Source: Chromera velia (lineage: Eukaryota). From it: a stretch of DNA of 20,000 nucleotides. Position 1 is the first letter of the stretch; the number at the start of each line of letters is the position of its first letter. The translations under genes and the position numbers were made by a program. The notes under the pieces were generated by a model. It had not been told where the DNA came from. It saw only the letters and a program-made list of their open reading frames with translations, and did not search any database. Positions 11,200 through 20,000 of the stretch are shown here, piece by piece. The stretch is from contig JAHBMJ010000388.1 in assembly GCA_018398765.1 (NCBI GenBank), positions 110,113 through 130,112 on the forward strand. The letters run 5' to 3'.

Positions 11200-11660
11200 C
11201 AGACCATTCCGGCCCCGGGCCCGCCCCGTCCCCCACCCCCCGGCCTTCTGAGCCCACGCGCACTCCCGCTCCGGGATCAGCGCCCTTCGACGGACATAGA
11301 ACGCCATCCGTCTTCCCCTTACAACTTCTTCCTACCCGAGGCTACCCCCTGCCTCGCTTGAGTCTCTGGGCCTCAAACTTAACCTCTCTGTGACGCCTGA
11401 CTCCGCCAGGGCCCGCCCTGGCTCGGCCCCGGCCCCGCCCCACCCCCCGCCGGGGGCCGCCCCGCCAAGTCCCCGCATCCCCCCACTCTGGGACCACTCT
11501 GGAGACCTCTTCCAATCCATCTTTCCCGCACAAGGAACTTCGTGTGAGACTCTCTCTCTCTGGCCTTTCGGGGCTTCAAACCCTCTCTGCAACGTTCGGT
11601 CCCGGCCCGGCCCCGGCGGCAGTCTTGACCACAGCCCAGCGGCCCGCCATGTAACCCCCA
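11200..11660. repeat. GC-rich diverged repeats (~200-bp spacing) with C-run clusters
   Basis: CGG(C/T)CCCGG(C/G)CC.G.CCC blocks at ~11210, ~11423 and ~11617. GGGC(C/T)TCAAAC...CTCTCTG occurs at ~11368 and ~11571. Confidence 0.55.
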
Positions 11661-11679
11661 CTTGAGGAAGGCAACCGAT

Positions 11680-12480
11680 TTAGCTTCAGTTCTACTACAT
11701 ATCCAAGTAAAAGCCCCAAACTTTGCATTCAGACACAGAACAAGAAGGCAGTCAGTGCAAATAGGAGCTAGGAGCAAGGTGGATCCCTATCTGGCAAGAG
11801 ACAACCACTTACCCCACATAACATAAAGTGACAGCTACAATCACACTTAGCAGAAAAGAGAGCCAAAAGCAACTTAAGCTCCACAACACACCCAAGCGAA
11901 AGCTCCAAACTCTGCAGCTAGACAGGACCTAAGAGCACAATGAGGTTTGGAGAGAAGGGTTGAGGTAGGTCGCAACCGTTTACTCCATATGACACAATTG
12001 AAGAGACGGCTAGAAGAAAAAACAAGCAAAAGTGATTCCAAGTCCCCGAAGCACGCAAGCTGAAGCCCCAAACCATGTATTCAGACAGAAGATAGGATGT
12101 CAATGAGGGTAAAAGAAAACGAGAAAGGTGGGTCCTTCACTTCTTTGATTCAACCGCTTGCTTTTACTTGCACACCGCAGCGCCATCTGTCCAACCGACC
12201 AGAAAAGAGATCCAAAAGCAACTCCAAAACCGCAAAAAAGGCAGGCTGAAGCCCAAATCCTTGCATGCAGCAAGCCAACAAAAAGACCATCAGGGAGTAA
12301 AAAGAGAACAAGGTGCATCTGGGTGTAGTTCTCTTGGGTACGACTCTACTGCCTGCTCATATCAGATGTGACACACCGAGACGGCTTTGCCACGGCAAGC
12401 CAATGCGAAAAGAAGAGCAGTGACCAAGCCGGACCGAGCCAGCTTCAGCTCTACTACAAGGTCAAGCAGCAGCCTGGAGT
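11680..12480. repeat. Degenerate tandem repeat, ~160-220-bp units
   Basis: AAGC(C/T)C(C)AAA core at ~11711, ~11901, ~12063 and ~12249. CAGAAAAGAGA(G/T)CCAAAAGCAACT at ~11851 and ~12200. AGCTTCAG(T/C)TCTACTACA at ~11682 and ~12441. Confidence 0.6.
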
Positions 12481-13136
12481 ATCACACAACTGACAAGCAG
12501 TGATAGCAGAGTGTTTTGAATGAAAGCTGGGCAAAGGGCTTCTTCTTTTTCTTAAGTGTACCTTCGATCAGCTCTATACCAAATTTTCGATCGCGTGCTC
12601 GCAGAGTAATCGGGTCGCAAATAAAAACCGGATGCGTGCATCAACCAACGCGTGGAGCTGCACGCGACCACGCCAGCGCCGCGCTTACGCTGGTGGTACG
12701 CCTAGAGCTGCCGCCGCGGCACTGCCACCCTACATGCATAGCACGCCATTTAATTATTGCAACCTCAATTCTCACTCCCTTATTTGAAAACATAAAAAGT
12801 TAACAATAAGAAAATCGAGAAAAATACATTCAGATGATGTGAAATCTCTCTAAAGTATTATTTTAAAACAAAAAAAAATATAAATTTTTGGAGTTGAAAA
12901 TTCTGTCAGAGTCGGAAATTCTGTCAGTGACCTGTTTTTTCTTTTTAGAGACTCACTAATCACATGCTCACCCATGGTGACCGCGCAGAGGTGGCATCTC
13001 GGGGGACTTTTGCATGCTTCTGAATCTTGTGTCCTGCACAGACAACCGTTCAGAAAAGATAGAGAACTGAAACGTACAATCGGATTACTGCGTGTATATG
13101 TAATACATGCATTCTGCTTCTGTCATAGTTGCATAA

Positions 13137-13219
13137 GTACATTGTACTACATTGTACTACACTGTACTGTACTGTACTACTGTACTATAACATCTACACT
13201 GCACTGTACTACTGTACTA
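13137..13219. repeat. (TGTAC/TAC)n simple repeat
   Basis: Read directly. Confidence 0.85.
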
Positions 13220-13362
13220 GACCTTAAAAAACAATTTCTTCTATTTCTAGCGTCCTAGGGGGTCTCTTAACCTACGTTAATACTCTATCAACGTGTGCTA
13301 AGTTATGATATAGTAATGATAAATTATAGTAACTTAGAGAAAGCTTCCAAAAGAATTGAAAC

Positions 13363-13383
13363 TATATATTATACATATATATA

Positions 13384-13420
<37 letters not shown>
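13363..13420. repeat. (TA)n microsatellite
   Basis: Read directly; resumes at 14491-14499. Confidence 0.95.
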
Positions 13421-13423
<3 letters not shown>

Positions 13424-14490
13424 GGGTATGACACCTAAAAAAAAATAAAATATAATTTAATTACAAACCCTAGGGGCATGTGTCACTCTGATTAGCTATA
13501 ACTCTAAAAAGTAGTTTTTTAAGGTTTTTAGGATGAACTGACCTTATTTCTATGATAACACAACTTTTTAAATTAAATTTGATGACTTTTTATATATAAG
13601 AAAGTCAATTCGCCCTCTGAGGTTTGCAAACGCTCATGACGTCGGTTTGTAAACCTAATCCCCCAACCTGACCAAACCTGTCTAAACCTGGTTCTAAATG
13701 GCTTTTGCATGAACACAAAGAAGATGCAAAGCAAACATAACCTAGCATTTTACCAGGAAATATCAGATAAACCGATTATTTAACGAATGTAGGATAAAGT
13801 CAAGAACATAAAAGCTGTCTTCATTCTTTTACACTTCAACAGACTTATCCAAAGGTGCAATTTCCTTTTTAAACGCCCGGTCAACTTACTCCAATTCTCT
13901 ATCTTCAATTCATAAGCTGCCATTAATGTTTAGTGCAGTGGGTTTCCAAATTCCTCAATCATGTGTATAGTTTCCACGGAGAGGCGATCAAGCATTGCCA
14001 AACAAAGATCGTGCCGGGAAAGAAGAGAGGGGAAAAGGGGCAGGGGCAGGATAAAGAGAATGCAGCGGCTACTGTGAATGCTGATACGAGCAAGGCTGTA
14101 TCCCCTTGCTGAAATGCTCATACACAGAGTGTCACAGATGTGGTCCTGCCGGCAAAAATGTACAAAATGTACTTTTAACAGATTATTCACATATAGATTT
14201 TAGAAGTTTGACCAGGTTTGGACGGGTTTAAAGAGGTTTGAAAGCTTTAAGTCTGGTACGACCATGGTTTTCAAACCAATTCTAAACCTGATATAGCGAA
14301 TGGGTTTTATACTCATCTAAACCTACCCTAACCTACCTTAACCTTAGCCACTTGACCCTATTTTAGCGTTTTTTAAGCTTTTCTAGCAAATTAAGCTCCA
14401 AAAATCTCTTTTAAAACATCAAAAATTTAAGTTTTTATTGAGAAACCTAACTTCAAACCTAGGGTACCCTCACAAAGTGTCAGATCCTAG
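13421..14490. mobile_element. Putative TIR element inserted in a (TA)n tract
   Basis: TTAGGGTATGACACC vs CTAGGATCTGACACT (reverse complement of the right end), 11/15 identical. ATATAT flanks both sides. A subterminal CCTAGG occurs near both ends. Confidence 0.55.
13606..14303. mobile_element. Putative nested non-autonomous TIR element (CMC/EnSpm-like architecture)
   Basis: Ends are CAATTCGC... and ...GCGAATGG. Inverted clusters of AAACCTG / CAGGTTT subterminal motifs lie at 13620-13692 and 14205-14290. GT flanks both sides. Confidence 0.5.
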
Positions 14491-14590
14491 ATATATATAA
14501 CATAAATTCACATACCATCATTACAACAGTCCTAGCAACAGTCTCAGCAGTCTGCCCCCCCCCCCCTCCTTCCTGTCCCTTCTGTCAAAC

Positions 14591-15156
14591 TCAGAAAAGA
14601 GTCTCTCTGAACTCCAGTCCGATGCTCTTCAGGTATTCAACTGTCATCTCTCTATCCAACTCATCATCGAATACCTCCGCTGACTCATCAGACGCAAGGT
14701 CGAGTCCCTGTAGGGCCTGGCCCAAAATCTATGTCTGTCTTTTATGGTGCCCGGCGTTTTCTGTGTCTGTCTTCTTCTCAGAGTAAACCTAGTCATAGAG
14801 AGAGAACCCCCGCTCCGAGACCTCCGCCGCGTTGGTGGCCTGAAAGACCTCCGTGGTAAGGGTGGCGTTTTTAGGGGCTGCTTCTACAAGGTCGTCCCGG
14901 CACCACCAGGAGAGGTTATCCACGGTGACCTTGTCGTCTAACGATATACAGTTAAGCTGAAGAGGAGGCGTCATAGCCTGTACTGCCTTGTACCACTCCG
15001 ACGTTATCTACAAGGACTGTTACTAGGCTTCACGGACATCATTGCCCTGGATTTCCTCCACCCCTCGACTTTAACATGCAAAACCTCGTCTAAGGACCCA
15101 AGGGGTGGAACAGAAACCTTGTATTCTTGTGGTTGAGAGGCTTCACTTAAAGCCAT
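14591..15156 (-). pseudogene. hAT C-terminal dimerisation-domain-like pseudogene
   Basis: Reads DNLSWWCRDDLVEAAPKNATLTTEVFQATNAAEVSERGFSLYD*VYSEKK. The WW..P-x18-SERxFS spacing matches the hAT C-terminal domain (Dimer_Tnp_hAT). There are five in-frame TAG/TAA stops and one frameshift near 15060. Confidence 0.6.
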
Positions 15157-15335
15157 CCTTTTCTCTAATTTATGTTTTAGAATACAAATTTTAACTATTT
15201 ACTATTTACTATCTTAAATTACTCTAAAAACATAATGAAAATTCACTAAAACACTGGTAAAAAGTTACTAAAACTTAGCTTATACGCATGCCGGGGCCCG
15301 CTGGGTTCCTTTTTGCCCCCCCCTGCCCATATGTA

Positions 15336-15352
15336 GGCGGCGCTTCGCCGCC
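15336..15352. other. GC hairpin GGCGGCG-CTT-CGCCGCC in the divergent intergenic region
   Basis: Perfect 7-bp stem with a 3-nt loop; function unknown. Confidence 0.6.
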
Positions 15353-16919
15353 AAAAACTCAACTGAACCAACCAAGTGGCCTCCAGAGCTGAAAGTTGGG
15401 AGATTTCTCACCCATCCCACTCTCATCAATTCTATGGAACAGAATTTGCAGACTCAACCTATAGCCTCTGCACCAGCAGTTTTCTGTTTAGCAACGTGTA
15501 TAAACTTTTATTTCTGAGGTGTTGTTCACTGTTGTTTGAGCTCAGTTCCAGACTGAGCCGTGTTACAAGCCGCGATGCCACCGCTCCCACCGCCTAAATC
15601 TTCGAAGGGGCGTAAAGGAGTAGGAGGGAGACCCACAAGAGCAGAAGCAGAAGGTCTGAAGGACAGACATGTACCTTTAGGAGAGTACCGTACCAACCTT
15701 GTCTCAACCATGTGCGGTTCGTCTCCTGCGTTGGAAAGGCCCTGCCACATAGCAGGGCTAGAGGCCATCAAGGCCTATAGGGAGAGAGAAATGCCGCCTT
15801 TCACTGCAGTGCGGACCGAACAGCAACAGCAGGAGCGAGATGCCCACCAGCAAAAGCAGCATAAAAGGAAGAGACGGATAAGTGAGCAGTCGGGGGTGTA
15901 TTGGAGGCAGGTTGTAAAGCGATTTGCATCTGATGCCCCGTCTTGGCCCCTTCATGACAAGTACAAAGAGGCCGCAGATGCGCTTTCCTCTGCAGCTCCC
16001 TTGCTTCCTACTCCCGAGGAGGACCCCAACGCTGCTAACGGCAGCTACGAGAACGGCTGCCGGAATCGGGCCAACACGATTGAGAAGCTCGACAGTTGTC
16101 GGGACGCCCCATCCTTCCATGGAGCGCCCATCCTTGACCCTCGAGACTATGAGAGGTCAGGGAAGGGTACAGAAAAATTGGCCGACAAGACGACCGCAGT
16201 GGTTGGGCTAGTGGATGACCTGTATGGGCTGAAAGGCCTACCCGCAGAAGAGCGTGCGGAAGGCCTCACATCGGCCTTTGCTTCGATCGCGTGCAAGGCC
16301 TCCTCCATCAAAGAAATGGAATTAGCCGAGAAGATTGCAGAGAACACACAGCAAGGGGGGTATTGTTTCGTAGACATAGAGAGGGAAAACAGAGCAGACA
16401 TGCCCCTTCACATCAAAAAGAGACTTGAGAGAGTGAGGGGGTTGAACAAGATGTGCAAGATTAAGAGCAAGCAGGTGAAAAGTCTGAATTTCTAGCTCCA
16501 CAAGAAATGGAAGAGAACTCCAGCCGATTGGCTCGACTATTGTCTGCGCAATGGCCTCACCCGGACAAAGTTGGGGAGGCTGAGAAGGTTTCTGGGGTTT
16601 GAGGTTGTCCCAGACCCCAAGGATGTGTTTGGGCCCCTGTGTGACTTGCAAAAGAAGCTTCGCGAGCAGGGGTTCTTCCGACCGTGCTCCAAGTTAGTTG
16701 GGGAGGTGGCAAAAAAATTGAAGGAGAAAGACAAGGAGGGAAGGGGAGAATTTTTTGCTGCATTCACAGTCAATCCTGCAGACTACATACGGCTTCTGAT
16801 GGAAGATGAGTGGGGGGGGGAATACTTCTCTACCAACGCGGACCTCTCAGAAGAAGGAGTCATCGGCCAAGAGTGGGTCGTCTCTATTGATGGCTCCTCT
16901 GGGTCTGGCCTGGCTGACG

Positions 16920-16924
16920 GTTGG

Positions 16925-16955
<31 letters not shown>

Positions 16956-17059
16956 GTATGTGTGTGTGTATGTGTGCATATGTGTCTGTGTGTGTGCGTC
17001 TGTGTGTGTGTATGCATGTGTATGTGTGTGTGTGTATGTGTTTGTGTTTCTGTTTCCAG
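16920..17059 (+). other. Intron 1 of the RAG1-like gene, (CT)n+(GT)n filled
   Basis: GTTGGT...TTCCAG; phase 1; restores the frame. Confidence 0.8.
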
Positions 17060-17107
17060 TTTGTGTTACCCTCGCAACCGCTCGCAACTTGACCCCTGCA
17101 CAAAATT

Positions 17108-17152
<45 letters not shown>

Positions 17153-17165
17153 TGTGTATGTGCAG
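17108..17165 (+). other. Intron 2, (GT)n filled
   Basis: GTGTAT...TGCAG; phase 1; joins into the RPLC-containing frame. The nearby GTATGT at 17110 would break the frame. Confidence 0.7.
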
Positions 17166-17386
17166 GGGGCGGGTGTGTTTCACTCATCATGCGGCCCCTC
17201 TGTGTCCCAAACGAGGCACTGTACAGAGTTGATCTCTCTTGCTGCCTCGGCATTACTAATTGGCAGGAAAACGTCAACACCATCACCTCCCTCTTCGAGG
17301 CCCCAGAGATCAAGACTGGGGGGACCCTTCTCTCGACGACTGGGATCGTTCTTCAAAAAGGCCCACACGCAGGAAAAACTGTCAAA

Positions 17387-17487
17387 GTTGGTCTCCCCGC
17401 CCCTCCCTTCCGCTCCCTTCCCCTCTTTCTCTCTCTCATTCTATCCCATAATAATTCTCCTGTTTCTTTTTCTCTCTCTGCATGCAG
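17387..17487 (+). other. Intron 3, pyrimidine-rich
   Basis: GTTGGT...TGCAG; phase 0; creates KTVK|IEFHGTAD. Confidence 0.85.
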
Positions 17488-17733
17488 ATAGAATTCCACG
17501 GGACCGCAGACCAGAGCGCTGAACTCAAAGGAAAGGGACATGCGGGGGCGAGTTGCGCTGCATCCTGCGGCAACTGTGTTCAGAATGACAAAGAGATGCA
17601 GACCCTCAAGGGGCTCGAGAAGTGGGTTTCGAAGGATGCCAACTTCAACCCCCGAAGACCAACCAGGTCCTACTTGGACCCTCTACCCCCTGACTCAGCC
17701 CCGACAAGGACACGTTAAAGCCACGATGCAAAA

Positions 17734-17736
17734 GTG

Positions 17737-17781
<45 letters not shown>

Positions 17782-17855
17782 ATATATGTATGTGTGTGTG
17801 TGTATGTGTATATATGTATGTGTGTGTGTGTGTGTATGTGTGTGTGTGTGGTCAG
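17734..17855 (+). other. Intron 4, (CT)n+(GT)n filled
   Basis: GTGGGT...GTCAG; phase 0; joins to the long terminal ORF. Confidence 0.8.
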
Positions 17856-19213
17856 TTCAATGCAGGCTGCGCATGTTCCAGAAAGCACTCGACAGATTGC
17901 TACCGATGGGTCTGCAAAGGCAGCGTGGGGCCATGGCGGTGGCCCTCATGGATCAAAGAGGTCTGGCCCGATGTCCTCTACCTTGCGATGCGTGCGGCAG
18001 AATTCATCTGCATTCGCCGTTTTTGCACGACCATGTGGAGAAGGGCCTGCATGTGTCAGGAATACAGGCAAGGGGGGGGGTCCTCTGCGAGTGAGGCTGA
18101 GCTGAATGCAGAAGAGGGGAACGAAATTCCCCCCCCCTTTGAGGAAGAGGAGGAAGCGAAAAGGAAAGGGGGGGAGGAGACAAAGAAAGCCAAGATCCAG
18201 CCCCTTTGCCGTCATGAGTGCAACTGCCCTCTCGAGCCAAACGAAGAGGGCAAGCAGTGCGGACGGAAAGTCCTGCATGAGATGAACTCTCTTTGGAGCG
18301 ACAGCATCCTGATCAACACAGACACACTGATTCTGGTAGCCAATCCAGAGCTCTCGAAGAAGCCAACTGCCCCAAAGTTCGTCTGGCCAAAGAAGAGTCT
18401 GCAGGGGCGGACTGTTGTGAAGCTGTCCCTTCAGCACAAAGACATGTTCCGCATATGCCACATGATGGACACAAAAGAGAGGATTATGCAGACATCGTTG
18501 TTTCGATGCCTGCATGTTCTTCGTATGACAACAGATTTGGATGTGAAAGGGGCAGGAAACTACGCAGCTGCGTTGTGGCAGTTGAAAGATCTTTTTCTGC
18601 AGATTCATAAGCATACGGGGGTAAAGTGGAATGGGACCCTCCACAGGCTTGAGCATGCCTGGTATTGGCTGAGAACGAGGGGGTCTTATGGGAGGGTCTT
18701 CAATATGCAGGCTCATGAAGCCTTCAACCGGGTCATCAAGGAGGCTTTTTCATCAAAAGGCGCCTCAAGTCATGGTTCGTTTGGCACAAAGGCCCCAACG
18801 GGAAAGTGGGAGAGAAGAGACCTGCACATGGGCCGTCGGCTAGTGACTGGCCATCTCTTACAGACCCTGTCGGCTTCCAGTACCGCCAACAGAAGGACAG
18901 AGGCACGGACCGCTTCCCGCCTTGAACTAATGCTTGCACCAAGTGAGAAGGAAGACCTCTCGTCAGAGAGTGAGGTTGATTCCGATGCCGATTTAGACAT
19001 ATCTGTTGAGCTTGATTTCGTTGAAGACGTTCAGGACTAAGATGAAAACATGTAAAAAAAAATTAATAGCATATAAATTTTAAGCATTAAATTTTAAGTC
19101 ATTTAAACTCTAATTTAAATTAAGTAGATTAAGTATCTAGTTAACTATAAACCATAATTCAAAATAGAATTCAGGTGACGTATATTTGCGTAGCATAACA
19201 TAGCATTGATATC

Positions 19214-19333
19214 AACCGTCAACTATATTTTTAACTAGAATTTATAAATCAATAAATAAAGTATACATAAAGCATATAAACTATAATTGAAATGAAATAC
19301 ATTAACCGTCAACTATATTTCAAACTAGAATTT
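19214..19333. repeat. 30-bp direct repeat in the AT-rich spacer between the convergent genes
   Basis: AACCGTCAACTATATTT(TT/CA)AACTAGAATTT at 19214 and 19304 (28/30 identical). Confidence 0.85.
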
Positions 19334-19464
19334 CTCAGTTTAAATTTTATACTTCGATTAAAAAGAATTTAAATTATAAGTATACTTTAAGCATAAATTA
19401 AAATTTAAAATAGAATTTAAATGAACGGTTTTTTGTTTAAAATCAAACCTCAAACCTCAATGAC

Positions 19465-20000
19465 TCAAACATCAAAATCAAAGTAGACTTTATCCTGTCC
19501 GTCATCGGCCGAATCCTCTGCGGGCGCCGAAGGTTGAAAAGGGAGTGGCGGCCTACTCCAAGCCACCTGAAGGACACCTGCTCCTGCTGCAGCCGCTGCT
19601 GCAGGTACTGGTGCAGCAGAAGAAGAAGAAGAGGCCACAAACGTCACCCATGAAGGGACGCGGACCCCACCCTGCTGCTGCTGAACAACATGTAAATGGA
19701 AGGACGAAGGAGCCGTCTTGCTACCCCCCCCTCCACTCCAAACCATCTGAAGACGGCATCGACCTGCAACCCAGGCAGCACACCCTGGATCGCCTTTCCC
19801 CTCAGACGGACAACGCAGGGATGCTCCATGGCTGTCCTAAATTGGATGGCCTCCATCTTGAGGAGGCGCTCCACTGCCTTTCGCCTCTTCGCATCATTTC
19901 GGGGCTGCCTTTTCTTCAGCTTTCTCTTCTTCCCTCCTCCTCCCTCCGCTCCTTCTTCCTCCGAGGTCACCTCCTCCTCGGGGTTGTAGTTCGTCGTCAG
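19465..20000 (-). CDS. 3' end of an unknown gene convergent with the RAG1-like gene (5' part outside the window; probable frameshift in the G-run at ~19724-19731)
   Basis: Sharp rise in GC. The frame is open from the window edge (LTTNYNPEEEVTSEEE...KKRKLKKR...VFRWFGVEGG). A second frame continues GSKTAPSSFHLHVV...DDGQDKVYFDFDV* up to the AT-rich boundary. Confidence 0.55.

Larger units (their letters stand above)
15575..19040 (+). pseudogene. RAG1-like / Transib-superfamily DDE transposase, 5 exons (15575-16919, 17060-17107, 17166-17386, 17488-17733, 17856-19040), ~1014 aa, two in-frame stops
   Basis: All four GT...CAG junctions keep the frame (3045 nt in total). Motifs, with RAG1/Transib equivalents recalled from memory: VVSIDGSSG (D439; Transib xDGSSG, RAG1 D600); SLIMRPLC (RAG1 SELCCKPLC); KIEFHGTAD (D546; RAG1 KFIFRGTGYD708); CGNC (C565/C568); DVLYLAMRAAEF (RAG1 DALHCDIGNAAEF); LQGRTVVKL (RAG1 MNGNFARKL); LHRLEH...RGSYG...QAHEAFN (E908; RAG1 FHKTLAH...DGSIG...EGNESGN). 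Stops are TAG at 16493-16495 and TAA at 17716-17718. Confidence 0.88.

Noticed and set aside
12668..12705. Helitron 3' end (CCAGCG...CGCTGG hairpin followed by CTAG)
   Set aside because: CTAG is followed by A rather than T, the stem is short, and no 5' end could be defined.
14317..14350. Telomere-like CCTAA/CCCTAA repeats
   Set aside because: Only a few degenerate units inside a putative element; not a telomeric array.
15160..15574. RSS-like TIR upstream of the RAG1-like gene (CCAAAAACT at 15351; CACTGTT at 15527)
   Set aside because: No heptamer at 12- or 23-bp spacing from the nonamer-like word, and no partner end visible in the window.
16493..17718. TAA/TAG reassigned to Gln (alternative genetic code), or RNA editing, making the RAG1-like gene intact
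   Set aside because: The gene itself appears to end on TAA at the AT-rich boundary. Gag has TAG at expected Trp sites, the conserved His is Tyr, and the LTR pair shows mass transitions. Mutation explains all of these more simply.
16783..18105. ORFs with CVCV/HTHT/LSLS runs
   Set aside because: Read-through of microsatellite introns or their antisense strand.
19427..19470. Reverse nonamer-like GGTTTTTTGT as a right-hand RSS/TIR
   Set aside because: It has one extra T and no GTG-ending heptamer at a suitable distance; likely chance in AT-rich DNA.
19750..19830. PHD-like string LRCPSEGKGDPGCAAWVAGRC suggesting RAG2
   Set aside because: It lacks the PHD His and the flanking CxxC pairs, and it lies in a frame with upstream stops that overlaps a more protein-like frame.

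Overview
Eukaryotic, repeat-saturated DNA with spliceosomal GT-AG introns filled with (CT)n/(GT)n. A protist, possibly chromerid-like, is my guess only. No intact host gene is evident; the window is mostly nested, decayed transposons. From left to right: a gag-only LTR retroelement (minus strand, 1-2676), a hAT-type non-autonomous element with an 8-bp TSD (2711-3583), a 1.8-kb foldback element with a perfect central palindrome (3964-5787), GA-rich low-complexity DNA, a nested-palindrome MITE-like element, degenerate tandem repeats, and an element inserted in (TA)n with a second element nested inside. The main finding is not visible in the ORF track. A five-exon gene (15575-19040, +) reconstructs to a ~1014-aa RAG1-like/Transib-superfamily DDE transposase whose D-D, D-CxxC and H-E spacings closely match RAG1. 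It is flanked by a divergent hAT C-terminal-domain pseudogene and by a convergent (tail-to-tail) unknown gene running off the right edge. Coding relics across the window are damaged mostly by C->T/G->A changes, and the two LTRs differ by 28 transitions and 1 transversion with no indels, suggesting a RIP-like or methylation-driven hypermutation process. All alignments were done by eye.
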